64,000 nucleotides of DNA from Lytechinus pictus (Eukaryota): positions 15,316,001 through 15,380,000 of the forward strand of contig NC_087250.1 in the NCBI RefSeq assembly GCF_037042905.1, given 5' to 3'. Shown piece after piece: positions 1 to 11,906 of this stretch. The translations under genes were made by a program, and so were the position numbers. The notes beneath the pieces were generated by a model. That model made no database searches and had not been told where the DNA came from. It saw only the letters and a program-made list of their open reading frames with translations. The number at the start of each line of letters is the position of its first letter. The stretch's first letter is position 1.

Positions 1-420
1 AGTTAAAAATGTGTTCAGTGTTTTCACAGTGCATTAAAAATGTGTTCTGTGTGTTCACATTGTGATCAGTGTTTTCACAGTGCGTTAAAAATGTGTTCAC
101 AGTATGATCACATTTTTTCAGGGCATTAACAGTGTGTTCACAGTGCGTTAACAGTACATTCACAGCGTGTTCACAGTGTTTTCACATTGTGCTCAGTGTT
201 TTCACAGTGTTTTCACCGTGCATTAACAGTGTGTTCAGTGTTTTCACAGTGCATTAATAGTGTTTTCACATTGTGCTAACAGTGTGTTCACAGTGTTCTC
301 ACAGTGCATTAACAGTGTATTAACAGTGTTTTCACGTTGTGTTAACAGTGCTTACACAGTGTGTTCAGTGTATTCACATTGGGATCACAGTGGGTCCACA
401 GTGCTTTAACAGTGTATCCA
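1..420. repeat. Degenerate intronic minisatellite of ~9-13 bp units (CACAGTGTGTT / CACAGTGTTTT / AACAGTGCATT)
   Basis: The CAGTG/CACAGTG motif recurs continuously from the window start to about 420. Confidence 0.85.
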
Positions 421-457
421 CCTAAACATGCGTTTGACTCTCACAGCTTCAAATAAT

Positions 458-517
458 TTTAGCCCAGACTTAATGTAGTCCAAGGCTTAAGTTAAACCGG
501 CATTCAGAATACAGGCC
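458..517. mobile_element. Isolated right end of the GGCCTGTATTC-type MITE family
   Basis: TAAGTTAAACC...GAATACAGGCC resembles the right end of the element at 5944-6255. Confidence 0.5.
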
Positions 518-555
518 AATGGCATTAACCAAATGGCCTTTGACCTTTTCTGCAG

Positions 556-716
556 GTGCTGTACACGTATTGGAGCACGGGGAGACGTACACTCTCACGT
601 TCCCTAACGCATATGGAAGGTCCATACTCACGATACCGTGGATGGAGTTAGGGGGAAAGGTTCTGATACAGTGCGCAAAGTCAAATTATTCAGCTTCGAT
701 TGTCTTCCACACCAAG
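556..716 (+). CDS. OSBPL11: OSBP-related protein (OSBPL10/11 subfamily), internal coding exon
   Basis: Acceptor ttttctgcAG ends at 555 and donor GTaata starts at 717. Peptide (G)[53 protein letters not shown] matches the ORP9/10/11 lipid-binding domain (RSILTxPWxELGGK, FHTK). Upstream exons lie outside the window. Confidence 0.93.
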
Positions 717-1579
717 GTAATATGGTTTGCTTTTCCAGCCCATCAGAGGAAATTATTTTATTATTTTTTCGTGGGGAGGGGTCACTGCCATTGAAGAGTG
801 GATAGCATCTTGAGAATCGTCCTAAAAAACACACTCTAAATGAGGATTCAAGGGCAGGCTTGTTGGACACTCGAAACATGGATTTTGTGGAGATGTCCCT
901 GATTTGTGAATTTCATACTCTATTTTATTTGTATTTTAGGCTATCGTGATTTTGGGGACTTTCTTCCTCATTTTTGGCATTTATTACACTCTATGCGGAT
1001 TATGCCTGTTCTGTGCATACCCGCAAAAAACACACATTTTTTAAAGGAATGTGATGAAATAATGCCTCGAATCAGGGAAAAGTCAGGGAATTTTGATTGG
1101 CCCATTATCATAAGCAGTAAGTGAGACTCTGTTGCATATCAAAACAAAATCCATTAGATTACTGCCTATGGTGTTGTTAGTGTGCACTCTCTGACTGCAA
1201 TATAAGTAGCTGTAGTGCATGACCTAAATAATGCCTCTTTAAACATGATTGTGTGCACTAAGAAAAATAAAAGGTGTAGCATTGTAAGGAATAAGTTGAA
1301 ATAATCGTCATGGAATGCTTTGGGGCTACCATCTTTTCTAAAGTCACCCGACAAGTTTTTTCCACAAATAATGTTTACAAACATTTTGAAAATCAATATT
1401 CTACATACATGTATAGCAGAATAATGAGTTTTGCTTTAACAGCATAATTGACCACTGAGCATAAAAATGTAGCCCTTGAAATCAAATAAGCCCCAAAAAG
1501 TCGGCAATCGCCCCATTGTGGCACAAAATAGTATCTAAAAGTAAAAATAAAAAAATGATTTCCCACCCTGTTTTTTTAG

Positions 1580-1696
1580 CCCTTTTATGGAGGCAAAGTT
1601 CATAGGTTAACAGCGGAGGTCAAGAATCCAGCCAGTCAGACGATCTGTAAGGTCAACGGGGAATGGAATGGAACTTTGGAGTTCAACTACTCATCT
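1580..1696 (+). CDS. OSBPL11: OSBP-related protein, internal coding exon (117 bp, phase 0/0)
   Basis: tttttttAG|CCC...TCT|GTaagt. Peptide [39 protein letters not shown] continues the FHTK-PFYGGK motif in frame. Not in the ORF track. Confidence 0.93.
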
Positions 1697-2193
1697 GTAA
1701 GTATATTTGGCCAATGAGGATTCCAAATGATAAAACAAATAACGCACAGAACTTGGTGTGCTAATGGAAATGCAGTGGACACAAGGTTTCTTTTGATAGC
1801 TGCCACACAGTTCAAGGGCCCAGTGAGCACCATCTGAATTTATTTTCACACATTCGATTCAATTCAATTTATTTTATTTTAATTTTTAGATAATAAACAT
1901 AAGAACAAACTTATGCATACGTAATATACAAAGCAGATCAGAGTTCATAATAGATACTTCAGTTACAAATAATATTATGCAAAGTGATTGGTAGTAAATA
2001 AGTCATAGTTTCAAAACACATTTTGATAATATAATGATTAAAATTTACAGGCCATAGTAATGAAAATGACAGAGCAAGTGCATTATTTGTTTTATATAGT
2101 AGTGACACAGTCTCTGAATAGTCTTTTTGAATATTTTGCTGTGTTTCACTGCATATTTGAAATAATTTTGTTTTTCCTTGGTGAATGAGTGAG

Positions 2194-2939
2194 CAATTCT
2201 CGCTACCCCAAATAGGAACAAATATCTCATAATGCGCGAGACGAGATAATTTTCACTCCGTCGGGTCGTCATCACCACTTCCGGTTCAGAGTCATGCTCG
2301 CGCGAGGTTCGCGATACTGAGTTCTCCACTACGCTGAAATCGATGCCAATCAGCGTAATATGTACAGATTATAATACTTTTTATCTAATTTGGTCAGTTT
2401 TGATTCCATTTGAATTATGAATATAAAAAAAATATATATTTTACGTGAAAATAATTTTCATTCATGTTTTTATTTGGTTATAAAAAAGTAAAAAAACATT
2501 TGAATATCTTAAAATTTTGCATTTAGCGACCGGCCTGACATCACGATCGTATTCCACTAGACGCTAAATATATACAGCATTCATTCCGTTCAATTTTTCG
2601 TCGACCACAAAATGGATAAAAAATCAGTTTCGGAACTTAAAAAAATCTTAACTGACAGAGGAATACCGTGCAATGGAAAGCCTTGGGCAGAATTAATGAC
2701 TTTAGCAGAAAAGGCCGTTAAACTGTATCGTGAAAGAGAGGGTTGTGATCACGAACTTTCCGAGCGAAAGCGACGTTGTGTTGTTGTGCATGACGGCACT
2801 GTTGATCTGAATGGCAAAACAGTGCATTGGACTTCCGAACAGGAAGTTGTAATACCGAAAAGCTATCCCATAATGCAATGCGCGTTACAGGGATTTTCCC
2901 GGATCTCGGCGAAATCGCTATTTGGGGTAGCGAGAATTG
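2194..2939 (+). mobile_element. 746-bp internally deleted DNA transposon with perfect 22-bp TIRs, located in an intron
   Basis: CAATTCTCGCTACCCCAAATAG at 2194-2215 and its exact reverse complement at 2918-2939. No target-site duplication is evident. Confidence 0.85.
2612..2840 (+). pseudogene. Truncated transposon ORF with a SAP-domain-like N-terminus
   Basis: MDKKSVSELKKILTDRGIPCNGKPWAELMTLA fits the SAP pattern V.ELK..L..RG....G...EL. The frame runs on through the right TIR, so it is truncated. The end coordinate is approximate. Confidence 0.6.
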
Positions 2940-3115
2940 GTACTAAAAAAAGTGTGGTCTTAGTTTTCCTAGGATTATTACTTGACCATTGCTATTGGAA
3001 TTTCAACTCATGACTGTTCTTCCATATGAAGATATTATGATTCTCTTATGTGCAATATAAGCAATGTTTATTATTATTATTATTATAATTATGATTATTA
3101 CTATCTATTTTACAG

Positions 3116-3277
3116 GGGGAGCATAAAATCATTGATACGAGCAAGCAGTCTGGCTGTCCGAAGAGAGTCCGGCCGATCGGTATGCAAGGAGAGTACGAGT
3201 CCAGGAGATTATGGCAGAATGTGACCTCGAGCTTGAAGGTTGGGGATATCAACACAGCCACAGAACACAAGAGATAT
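3116..3277 (+). CDS. OSBPL11: OSBP-related protein, internal coding exon (162 bp, phase 0/0)
   Basis: ttttacAG|GGG...TAT|GTaagt. Peptide GEHKIIDTSKQSGCPKRVRPIGMQGEYESRRLWQNVTSSLKVGDINTATEHKRY carries the KRVRP, ESRRLW and ATEHK motifs. Confidence 0.93.
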
Positions 3278-3507
3278 GTAAGTACATGGGAGGCCGTCAG
3301 GGCTTGCCATTTTCAGGCCAAAATCGGTCAGAGTTTTGTTATGCCTTTAGATAAAACTATGGCTACGACCTTTTAATTTCATTTAAATCTGATGTAAATG
3401 TTGATCTTAAGCTTGCAATAACATGCCTTTATGATCAGTGTCTCTTCTGGGGAAACATAAGAACAACATCCTTTCTAAACATATCATTGTTTCTATTGGT
3501 TTTCTAG

Positions 3508-3630
3508 CTGGAAGAAAGACAAAGGCAGGAAAAGAAATTAAGAATGGAAACCAACACACCCTGGCGAACCAAGCTGTTCTCCCCCGCTCCTAACAATGGA
3601 TGGGTCTACAACCACATACTCAAGCATTAG
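3508..3630 (+). CDS. OSBPL11: OSBP-related protein, terminal coding exon
   Basis: ttttctAG|CTG. Peptide LEERQRQEKKLRMETNTPWRTKLFSPAPNNGWVYNHILKH* carries the LEERQR, PW.TK.F and GWVY motifs. TAG is at 3628-3630. Confidence 0.92.
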   Translation: MEERQRQEKKLRMETNTPWRTKLFSPAPNNGWVYNHILKH

Positions 3631-4247
3631 AGACGACGGCATGCAGGGTTGATCCATTCTGCATAGAGGAGGCAGGATGAAGAATTGATGATAGACATAA
3701 ATGCCCTAGCAAACCAGGCTGTTTTCCCCCGCTCCCAACAATTGACTAGTCTACAACCGTATACCGAAGCATTAGCCACTATTACATGCAGGGTTGATCC
3801 ATTCTGCATAGAGGGGACAGGATGAGAAATCAATGATAGAAACTAAAATGCCCTGAAAAAAGCAAGCTGTTTTCCTCTGCACCCAACAATGGAAGTATAC
3901 AACTGCATACTCAATCATTAGGGACTACTGCATAGAGGGATGACCCATTCTGCATAGAGGAGGCAAGATGAGAATTGATGACTGAGACTAAAATGCCCTG
4001 AAAACCAAGCTCTTCTCCCCTGCACCCAACGATGGCGGATTCTACAACCACATACTCAAGCACTAGAGACCACTGCATGTAAGGTTGATCCATTCTGCAC
4101 AGAGGGGGCAGGATGAGTAAAATAATCCTTAGAAAACCAACCTGTCCTCCCCTACACCAGACAATGGACGAGAGTGTGGCCGTATCATCAAGCATTAGAG
4201 ACCACTGCGATGCAGGGTTGATCCATTTAACATAGAAGAGGCAGGAT
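3559..4247 (+). repeat. About 145-bp tandem repeat (5 copies) that includes the last ~24 codons and stop of the OSBP gene
   Basis: Units start near 3559, 3704, 3851, 3996 and 4127. Shared motifs include AACCAAGCTGT, TACAACCACATACTCAAGCATTAG and GGGTTGATCCATTCTGCATAGAGG. Confidence 0.9.
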
Positions 4248-4519
4248 TTTTCATCAAACACAAAATTAATTTTGAACTAAATTAGGTCAGCTTAATAAAG
4301 TTTTCCAATATGATTCCTTCCTCATATGCTGTTATGTTTGCCAGCTCACAATATACGAACATTCTCCACCCCATGGGGAGGGGCTATTTAGTGAGGGTTA
4401 GTGTTTCTTTATTGTAGTCTTCTGATGATTCTTGCTTCAGATGTTATTTGTACAATGTTTGTACATTATCCACTCCAGGAGTGGGGGTTATTTTGTGAGG
4501 GTCTTTTTGTTTCTATGTT

Positions 4520-5740
4520 TAGTTGACATCAACTTTAATGATTCCTGCCTCAAAATTATGTTTGTATCCTATAACTTGCATTTGCCTGCTCTCATGATAT
4601 GTACACTCTCTGCTCCCCAGGAATGTCTCTTGACTATCTCTTGTCCTGTTTTGCACTGTAGTCAACTTGTGATTCCTGCCTTAATTGCTATTTGTGTCCT
4701 ATACATTGCATCAGCTTACTGATATGGTGTGTACACTCTCCACTCCCTGTGATTATCTCTTGAAACTTTCTTTCTCTATGCTACAATGTAGTCAACTTAT
4801 GATTCCTGCCTCAAAATGCCGTTTGTATCCTCTAACTTGTATTTGCCTGCTCACATGGTGTGTACACTCTCCGCTCCCTGGGAGTGTCTCTTGACAATCT
4901 CTTGTAAAGTGTTGTACTGTAGTCAACTTGTGATTCCTGCCTTTAATGCTATTTGTATTCTTTAACTTGTATATACCTGCTCAAACAATGGGTACATTCT
5001 CTGCTCCCTAGGTGTATTTTTTATAATCTCAAGTCCTGTGTTGCACTGTAGTCAACTTGTGATTTTTGCCATGTATGCTATTTCTGTCCAATAACTTGCA
5101 TCAGCTTACTGACAAGGTGTGTACACCCTCCGCTCCTTGTGAGTATCTCTTGACATGCTCTTTCCTATGCTACAATGTAGTCAATTTATTATTCCTGCCT
5201 CAAATGGTTTTGTATCCCTTAACTTGGATTTAACCTGTACAATGTGTGTACACACTCCACTCCCTGGGTTGTATTTCTTGACGATTTGTCATTTCTTGAT
5301 GATCTCTTTTCCTATTTTGCACTGTAGTCAATTTATGATTCCTGCCTCTAATACTATTTTTTCTGTTACTTGAATTTGCCTGCTCACAATGTATGTACAT
5401 TTTCCGCTCCCTGGGAGTATCTCTTGATGCTCTCTTTTCCGATTTTGCACTGTAGTCAACTCATGATTCCTGCCTTGTATGCTAACTGTCCTATAACTTG
5501 AATTGACCTGCTTACATGTTGTGTACTCTCTCCGCTCCCTAGGAGTGTCTCTTGACTGTCTGTTTCCTATTTGGGACTGTAGTCAACTTATGATTCCTGC
5601 CTTACAATGCTAGTTGCATACATAACTTGTATTTGCTTGGTACCTTTCCCACTCCCTGGGAGTATCTTTTCCTGTGATGCACTGTATTCAACATATTCCT
5701 GCTTCCAATGCTGTATGTATCTCCAGAACTTGTATTCTCT
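4520..5740. repeat. Diverged ~130-bp tandem repeat (about 10 copies)
   Basis: TGTAGTCAACTT(G/A)TGATTCCTGCC recurs near 4660, 4790, 4920, 5050, 5180, 5325, 5452, 5580 and 5685. Confidence 0.88.
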
Positions 5741-5827
5741 ACTGCTATTTCCTTTTTCTATTAGGTGTTTCCTAGGAGAGTAGATAAGAGATGTAGCTTA
5801 TGGTATTCACCCTGACGAAGTGTCACT

Positions 5828-6255
5828 GGCCCGTGTTCTAAACTGCGGTTCAATTTAAACCCTGGTCTAAAGTTGTTGTTTAACTACGGATAATCAAATA
5901 TGATGCAGATCAATAACGCCCTAGAATGCCCTATATACATGTTGGCCTGTATTCTGAACTCGGGTTTAAATTAAACCCTGGTTTAAAGTTGTGGTTTAAC
6001 TATAGAAAGCCAATTGGAGCACAAATCCCTTACAGTACACATCCAATTTATTAACTCATATGGCACCAAAATTGTTCAAAATTGTCTGGGAATGATAACT
6101 GAAGTATTTTTTTTAGTTATGAAAGCAAAATGAAAAAAAATAGTAAACATAAGAAATATACAAGATAAACAGAATTTTTTAATTTTTGGCTCGCCATGAT
6201 TTTAGCACAGATTTAGACCGTGGTCTAAGTTAAACCTGACTTACGAATACAGGCC
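5828..6255. mobile_element. MITE (5944-6255) preceded by a truncated left end of the same family (5828-~5900)
   Basis: TIR GGCCTGTATTC...GAATACAGGCC is 11 bp perfect and matches at 22 of 26 positions when extended. GGCCCGTGTTC...AAACCCTGGTCTAAAGTTGT at 5828 resembles the sequence starting at 5944. Confidence 0.75.
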
Positions 6256-6262
6256 TATAAAG

Positions 6263-6791
6263 ACACTGTGTGGCCCTGTACTTTCCAGCAAGGTGAACCC
6301 AACATTCCTGCTCTTGATACAGAACAAATAATCATTCACTGCAAACAGATTTGTGCTGAAAGTAGCACCACTCAGCTTCAATAGCTGACTACACCAGCAG
6401 GTGTTGAAACTACACCATGATGAAGTGTAATGACCTTCCATTTCCTGGTGTCAACTTGACACCGCATCCGGTGGTATACTTACACTTTGCTAGTGTTGTG
6501 TCAATAGGGACACTACTTGGCATTGACTTAGCACCACTGGTGTTAATTCTAATGGTGCAGCACTGGCCTAGGGGTAAAATGGGACGACACCGTGTGGTGA
6601 TACTTTGGTGTAAATTTACACCAATTTTTTTTTTTTCACCCAAGTAGTTGAACAGGGATTTTTTCTCTATTAAAAAATCAAAATGAACAAGAATCAGGAT
6701 TCCCCTATAAAAGGCTATTAGACTTTGACGTGACAACCATGGGTGTTACAAGCACGGTGTTGAATATTTAACACCCAACATTTCACAGTGT
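6263..6791. mobile_element. Possible decayed foldback-type MITE
   Basis: 8-bp inverted ends ACACTGTG / CACAGTGT and many internal ACACC/GGTGT motifs in both orientations. Boundaries are uncertain. Confidence 0.4.
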
Positions 6792-7562
6792 ATGGATGGA
6801 ACTAAAATTATGGCCTTTTTATTCCTTGCTATCCATAAGTATACCCTAGATTTTGACTACAGCTCCAACGTCAAGGTCACAACGGGCTATCAGGATTCTA
6901 TCATTTTCCCTGTTTGAAACTTGTATTCTTTTCGTATTCACGAAGGTAGGATCTTGTCAGTGCATCCAATCTTTATCTTCATAATAAATGCATTGTTTGC
7001 AACCGATAGTCGAATTGTGTATACTGTACAATATACCGGCAGTCAACTTTGAAGCTGCATTTTTTTTTTCATGATTGTTTTCCAAATTTTTGTTGATATG
7101 AGTGGTTGAGAAAAAAAAAACATTGCAGCTGAATTATCCGCTTTTTGCAAAATGAAAAAAGGAAAAAATAGATAATGAGGATATCAAAGGATTTTGTCTT
7201 ATTTGGGTAATGGCTTCTTCATCTGTGCAATAAATTAGAAATGGAATGTATTATGTAACATTGATATATGGATAAAATAAAACAATGGGTATGATTCTCT
7301 TGTTAGATTTTAGTGGCGGGTAAATGACAAGTGTTGGTATTCATGTTTGCGGGTGACACCGGTAAAATATTATACATGTTTATGTATATATCTATATTCA
7401 TAAATGGTTAACCAAAATATATGCATATATTATGAAATGATATCAAAGCCCCAATGATCATAAAGCTAAAGTGACTTGGTTTAACGTTTGTTCACACACA
7501 ATTATCACTGCAGTCAATCGTAGAAATGAACCCTGTGATCGATTTCTGAGCTTTATGAATCA

Positions 7563-8110
7563 GGGTCCTGTCTTACAAAGAGTTACGATTGATCCGATCA
7601 ATCGGATCCATCACTGTCACAATATTTTCTCCAGGAAATTTGCATGATGTCCTTTGTAAACAAAGAGAAGCACACTGAATTTTCAAGAAACAATGAATAT
7701 GATAATAATTAAAGATTTGTATAGCGCACATATCTGTCAATGACACTCAAGGCGCACAATAAACTACTTATATAATACAGAAAATAAAATTAATCAATTA
7801 GTATACATCATATCTAGAATATATTTTGAACAAGATGTTGACGTTGCTGGCTTTCCATAGTTGTGATTGATCGGATAAATCGTAACTCTATGGAAATCCA
7901 TCAGTGTCATAATTTTTCTACAGGAAATTTGCACAATGTCCTTTGTAAACAGAGAAGCACAGTGAATTTTCAAGAAAACAATGAATGCATGAATATGCAT
8001 CATAGTTAGAAGATATTTTGAACAAACATGCATAAAAAGATGTTTAAGTTGCTGGCCGTCGATAGTTGTGATTGATCAGATCAATCGCAACTCTTTGTAA
8101 GACAGGGCCC
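7563..8110. mobile_element. MITE with 41-bp TIRs and a duplicated internal body
   Basis: 7563-7603 matches the reverse complement of 8070-8110 at 38 of 41 positions. The internal block CAGGAAATTTGCA...TTTGTAAACA..GAGAAGCACA.TGAATTTTCAAGAAA occurs at about 7632 and about 7921. No clean TSD. Confidence 0.85.
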
Positions 8111-8758
8111 AAGTCTCTGATTGTATTATTTTAAGTTCTATATCATCATAATTATACAAGTTAAAAGTAGCACTTAAGAAATGTGTCTTTGTGTTTTATT
8201 GGTTTATTATTTATATTATACACTGAATGTTATTTATATCAATATGGCCAATTTGTTGGGTTTTTCGTTTCAACTAGTGAAAAAAAGTTGCTAGGTATGC
8301 CGATGAATTGCTCTGATGCTTGCTTGCAGCATAAAACTATCTTAATTGTAATGTATCTTCAGTGGTCTTACACATAATCATTGCAATCGATCATAAAAAT
8401 CGGATCTGTGATCAATTACCAAGTTTTATGTAACATCGCCCTGTACTAACAAGGCATTTGAATGAAAGTTATTAGTTTACATATAACATTTTGGTTCATT
8501 TTTCGTGTAAATTGATATGTATTTGATACAAGAGAGATATATGTATATGGCTAATATTGAGAGTAAAATAAGAGAAGTATAAGATCACTGATTTTGGTGG
8601 TATTCAAATGACAATTTTCAAACACATAATATTGTAGAGAATATAAACTTTATTAAATTACATGCTACATTGTGAAGTTTGATTTGTGTTTATATCATTG
8701 AATTCTAGGAGAAAAATATCTGTCAGCATATTTCATTGGATAGGGTTAAAGATTGAGG

Positions 8759-9420
8759 TACAGTGCAAGTCTGTTTTGATGGTTTAATTTCAATTGGTCT
8801 AATGCCAATTCTCCAATTACCAATTCGTCTACTATCACTTGGTCTACTATCAGTTAGTCCACTATCCACATCATCTAATTGCCTTTTTGTCCTCTCACCA
8901 TTTTGTCAATAACCAGTTGGTCTGGTAAGCATTTAGTCTATATATTGTTTGGTCTAATTGGACTAGGTGTTAATTGGGCAAAATGAATGAGAATAAAATG
9001 GATATTAGACCAACTGATTATGAGATGAAATGGACATCGACAAACTGGCGATTAGACGAAGTCATAATTGGACCAAATGGTTACAGGACCTAATGGTTAT
9101 TAGTTGAAATGTTGATGGACGGAATGGCATTAGACTTCAAGAAGGTAGACTATGAGATTGGTGGACAAGTTGGCAATAGACAAATTGGTAATTTACTGTA
9201 GTCTGATACCTACTTGGTCTAATTTGCACATGTTCTATTAATATTTGTACTGTATCAGATGAAAATGTGATTCATTAATAGTTCATTCACCCATAGAGAC
9301 TAAGGGTTTTTTTTATGGGAGTGAGCCCAACTGGAAATTAGACCAAATGGGCAATGGGCTAAATGACAAGAAGACCAGATGATTGGTTGAAAAACTCGGT
9401 GTATACTAATTGTGATTAGA
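8759..9420. repeat. Decayed foldback-like repeat of short TTGGTCTA / TAGACCAA units
   Basis: GGTCTA-type motifs dominate 8795-8960 and their complements (TAGAC, GACCAA) dominate 9005-9185. The pattern recurs weakly at 9215-9420. Confidence 0.6.
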
Positions 9421-9439
9421 CCATGTGAGATAAGACCAA

Positions 9440-10153
<714 letters not shown>

Positions 10154-10167
10154 AACTTCCACTACTA

Positions 10168-10654
10168 TAAGAATAATAAGTAGGAGGAGAAGAAAACGAA
10201 GAAGAAGGAGAAGAAGGAGGAGAAATAGAAGGAGGAGGAGAAGAAGAAGAAAGACAAAGGAATAGGAGGTGAAAAAAGAAGGGTGAATGATGTAGTGGGA
10301 GGTGAAAGAAGGGAGGAGGAGGAGAAGAAAAAGAAAGAAGAGAAGAAGACAAAGGAGTGGGAGGTGAAAGAAGGAGGAGAAAAAGAGAAGAAAAAGAAGG
10401 AGAAGAAGAAAAAAAGGGGGGGGGAAGAAGGAGTAGGAGTGAAAGAAGGAGGAGGGGAGAAGTTAATGGAGAAAGAAAATAAGAAGGAGGAGGAGAAGAA
10501 GAAATGGAAGTAGAGGAAGAAGATGAAGGAGGAGGAGAAGAAGAAGAGGAAGAAGAAGAATGATAAGAAGAAGAGGAATAAAAAGGATAAAAAAGAAAAT
10601 AAGGAGTAGGAGGTGAATGAAGGAGGAGAGAGAGGAGAAGAAGAACAACAAGAA
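10168..10654. repeat. Purine-rich (GAA/GGA) low-complexity tract abutting the array
   Basis: Directly visible; ends ...AACAAGAA|CTAG at the first unit of the array. Confidence 0.95.
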
Positions 10655-11876
10655 CTAGAACTGCAATCGTTTCCGAACGATGTGCATGCATTGACGCGTC
10701 TGATTGAAAGGTCAAGTCCACCTCAGAAAAATAGTGATTTGAATCAATAGGGAAAAATCAGACAAGCACAATGCTGAAAATTTCATCAAAATCGGACGTA
10801 AAATAAAAAAGTTATGACATTTCAAAGTTTCGCTTATTTTTAACAAAATAGTTATATGAACGAGCCAGTTACATCCAAATGAGAGAGATGATGATGTCAC
10901 TCACTCAAAATGGCGCATGCACTGTCATGCATGAATGATTTTAGAAAATGAAATAAAAGGTACACAATAATGCATCATGGACAACATGTCTACCAAATCG
11001 GAATGAATTTGGATGAGGAGCGGAGGCAGGGGAGGACTAAAAAAAATTACACGTTAATCGGATTTTGGTACATTTTGCCCTCCATAAGAAGTTACATTCT
11101 CGAGTCAAACAGATTTCGTCCATTTTTAGACCATATGGTCGCTTAACGAAGAGAGAGAAGGGAGAGAAAGACACACAGAGAGTGATATGAATAAGCATAC
11201 AAATTTCCCTGACAGTTCATTAACGTAACTCAGTGTAAAGTACGTATCAAAACGATGTGCATGCATAATACGTTATGGCATATAGACATTGTATACAATT
11301 CTGTTATTGATAATGTGTGCATTATGAGTGGTATACCATGTGTTCAGATTGGCTTATCTTGAAATTTTCTGTTGTAAACTATGTCGTATTTGGTATCACT
11401 GGAAAGAGCATTTCCATGCGGTGACATTGATACCCCTTTTTGTGTGCGCAAGCAATAGACCGGAAGTAAATGCCATATAAAGAAAGACATTAAAAATGAC
11501 AGTTTTTCACAATAATTTTAAGCTGACGTCAGCTCTACGTCAGTTTCTGTCACAAAAGGTTGACGAACGACTAAAGTATATATCAATACTCATATCTGCC
11601 AAGTTAGTAAGGATAAGATTCAATAATAAGGAAATAAGAGCAAGTTGAAGTTGTGCTGGCATTATAGTGCAATTTTGCTTATTTTGCTGATTTTCGGGAG
11701 CATTTTTCAGATATTTCGTCAGTGGTAAGGTATATATTTTTCTAAATGGCATGAAAGGGCATATCTTGAACACCCTAAATCTTAAAAAAGGTACGGGTTT
11801 GGCCATGCATGACGCAATGAGGAGCATTCAAAGATAAGCGTTTTTGAAACTTTAGAGGGCGCTATTTCAATACCGG

Positions 11877-11906
11877 CAAGGCCCTATATAAACATATAGG
11901 GCCTTG
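11877..11906. mobile_element. 30-bp palindromic insertion with 13-bp TIRs and an 8-bp TSD
   Basis: AATACCGG|CAAGGCCCTATAT-AAAC-ATATAGGGCCTTG|AATACCGG. The empty site TTCAATACCGGAAGG is seen in other units (for example near 27125 and 36032). Confidence 0.9.

Noticed and set aside
519..794. ORF-track ORFs 519-794 and 3182-3376 as complete genes
   Set aside because: Only the parts between splice sites match the OSBP family; the rest is intron read-through.
775..1125. Possible dispersed repeat in the first intron
   Set aside because: No TIR, TSD or second copy was found in the window to support boundaries.
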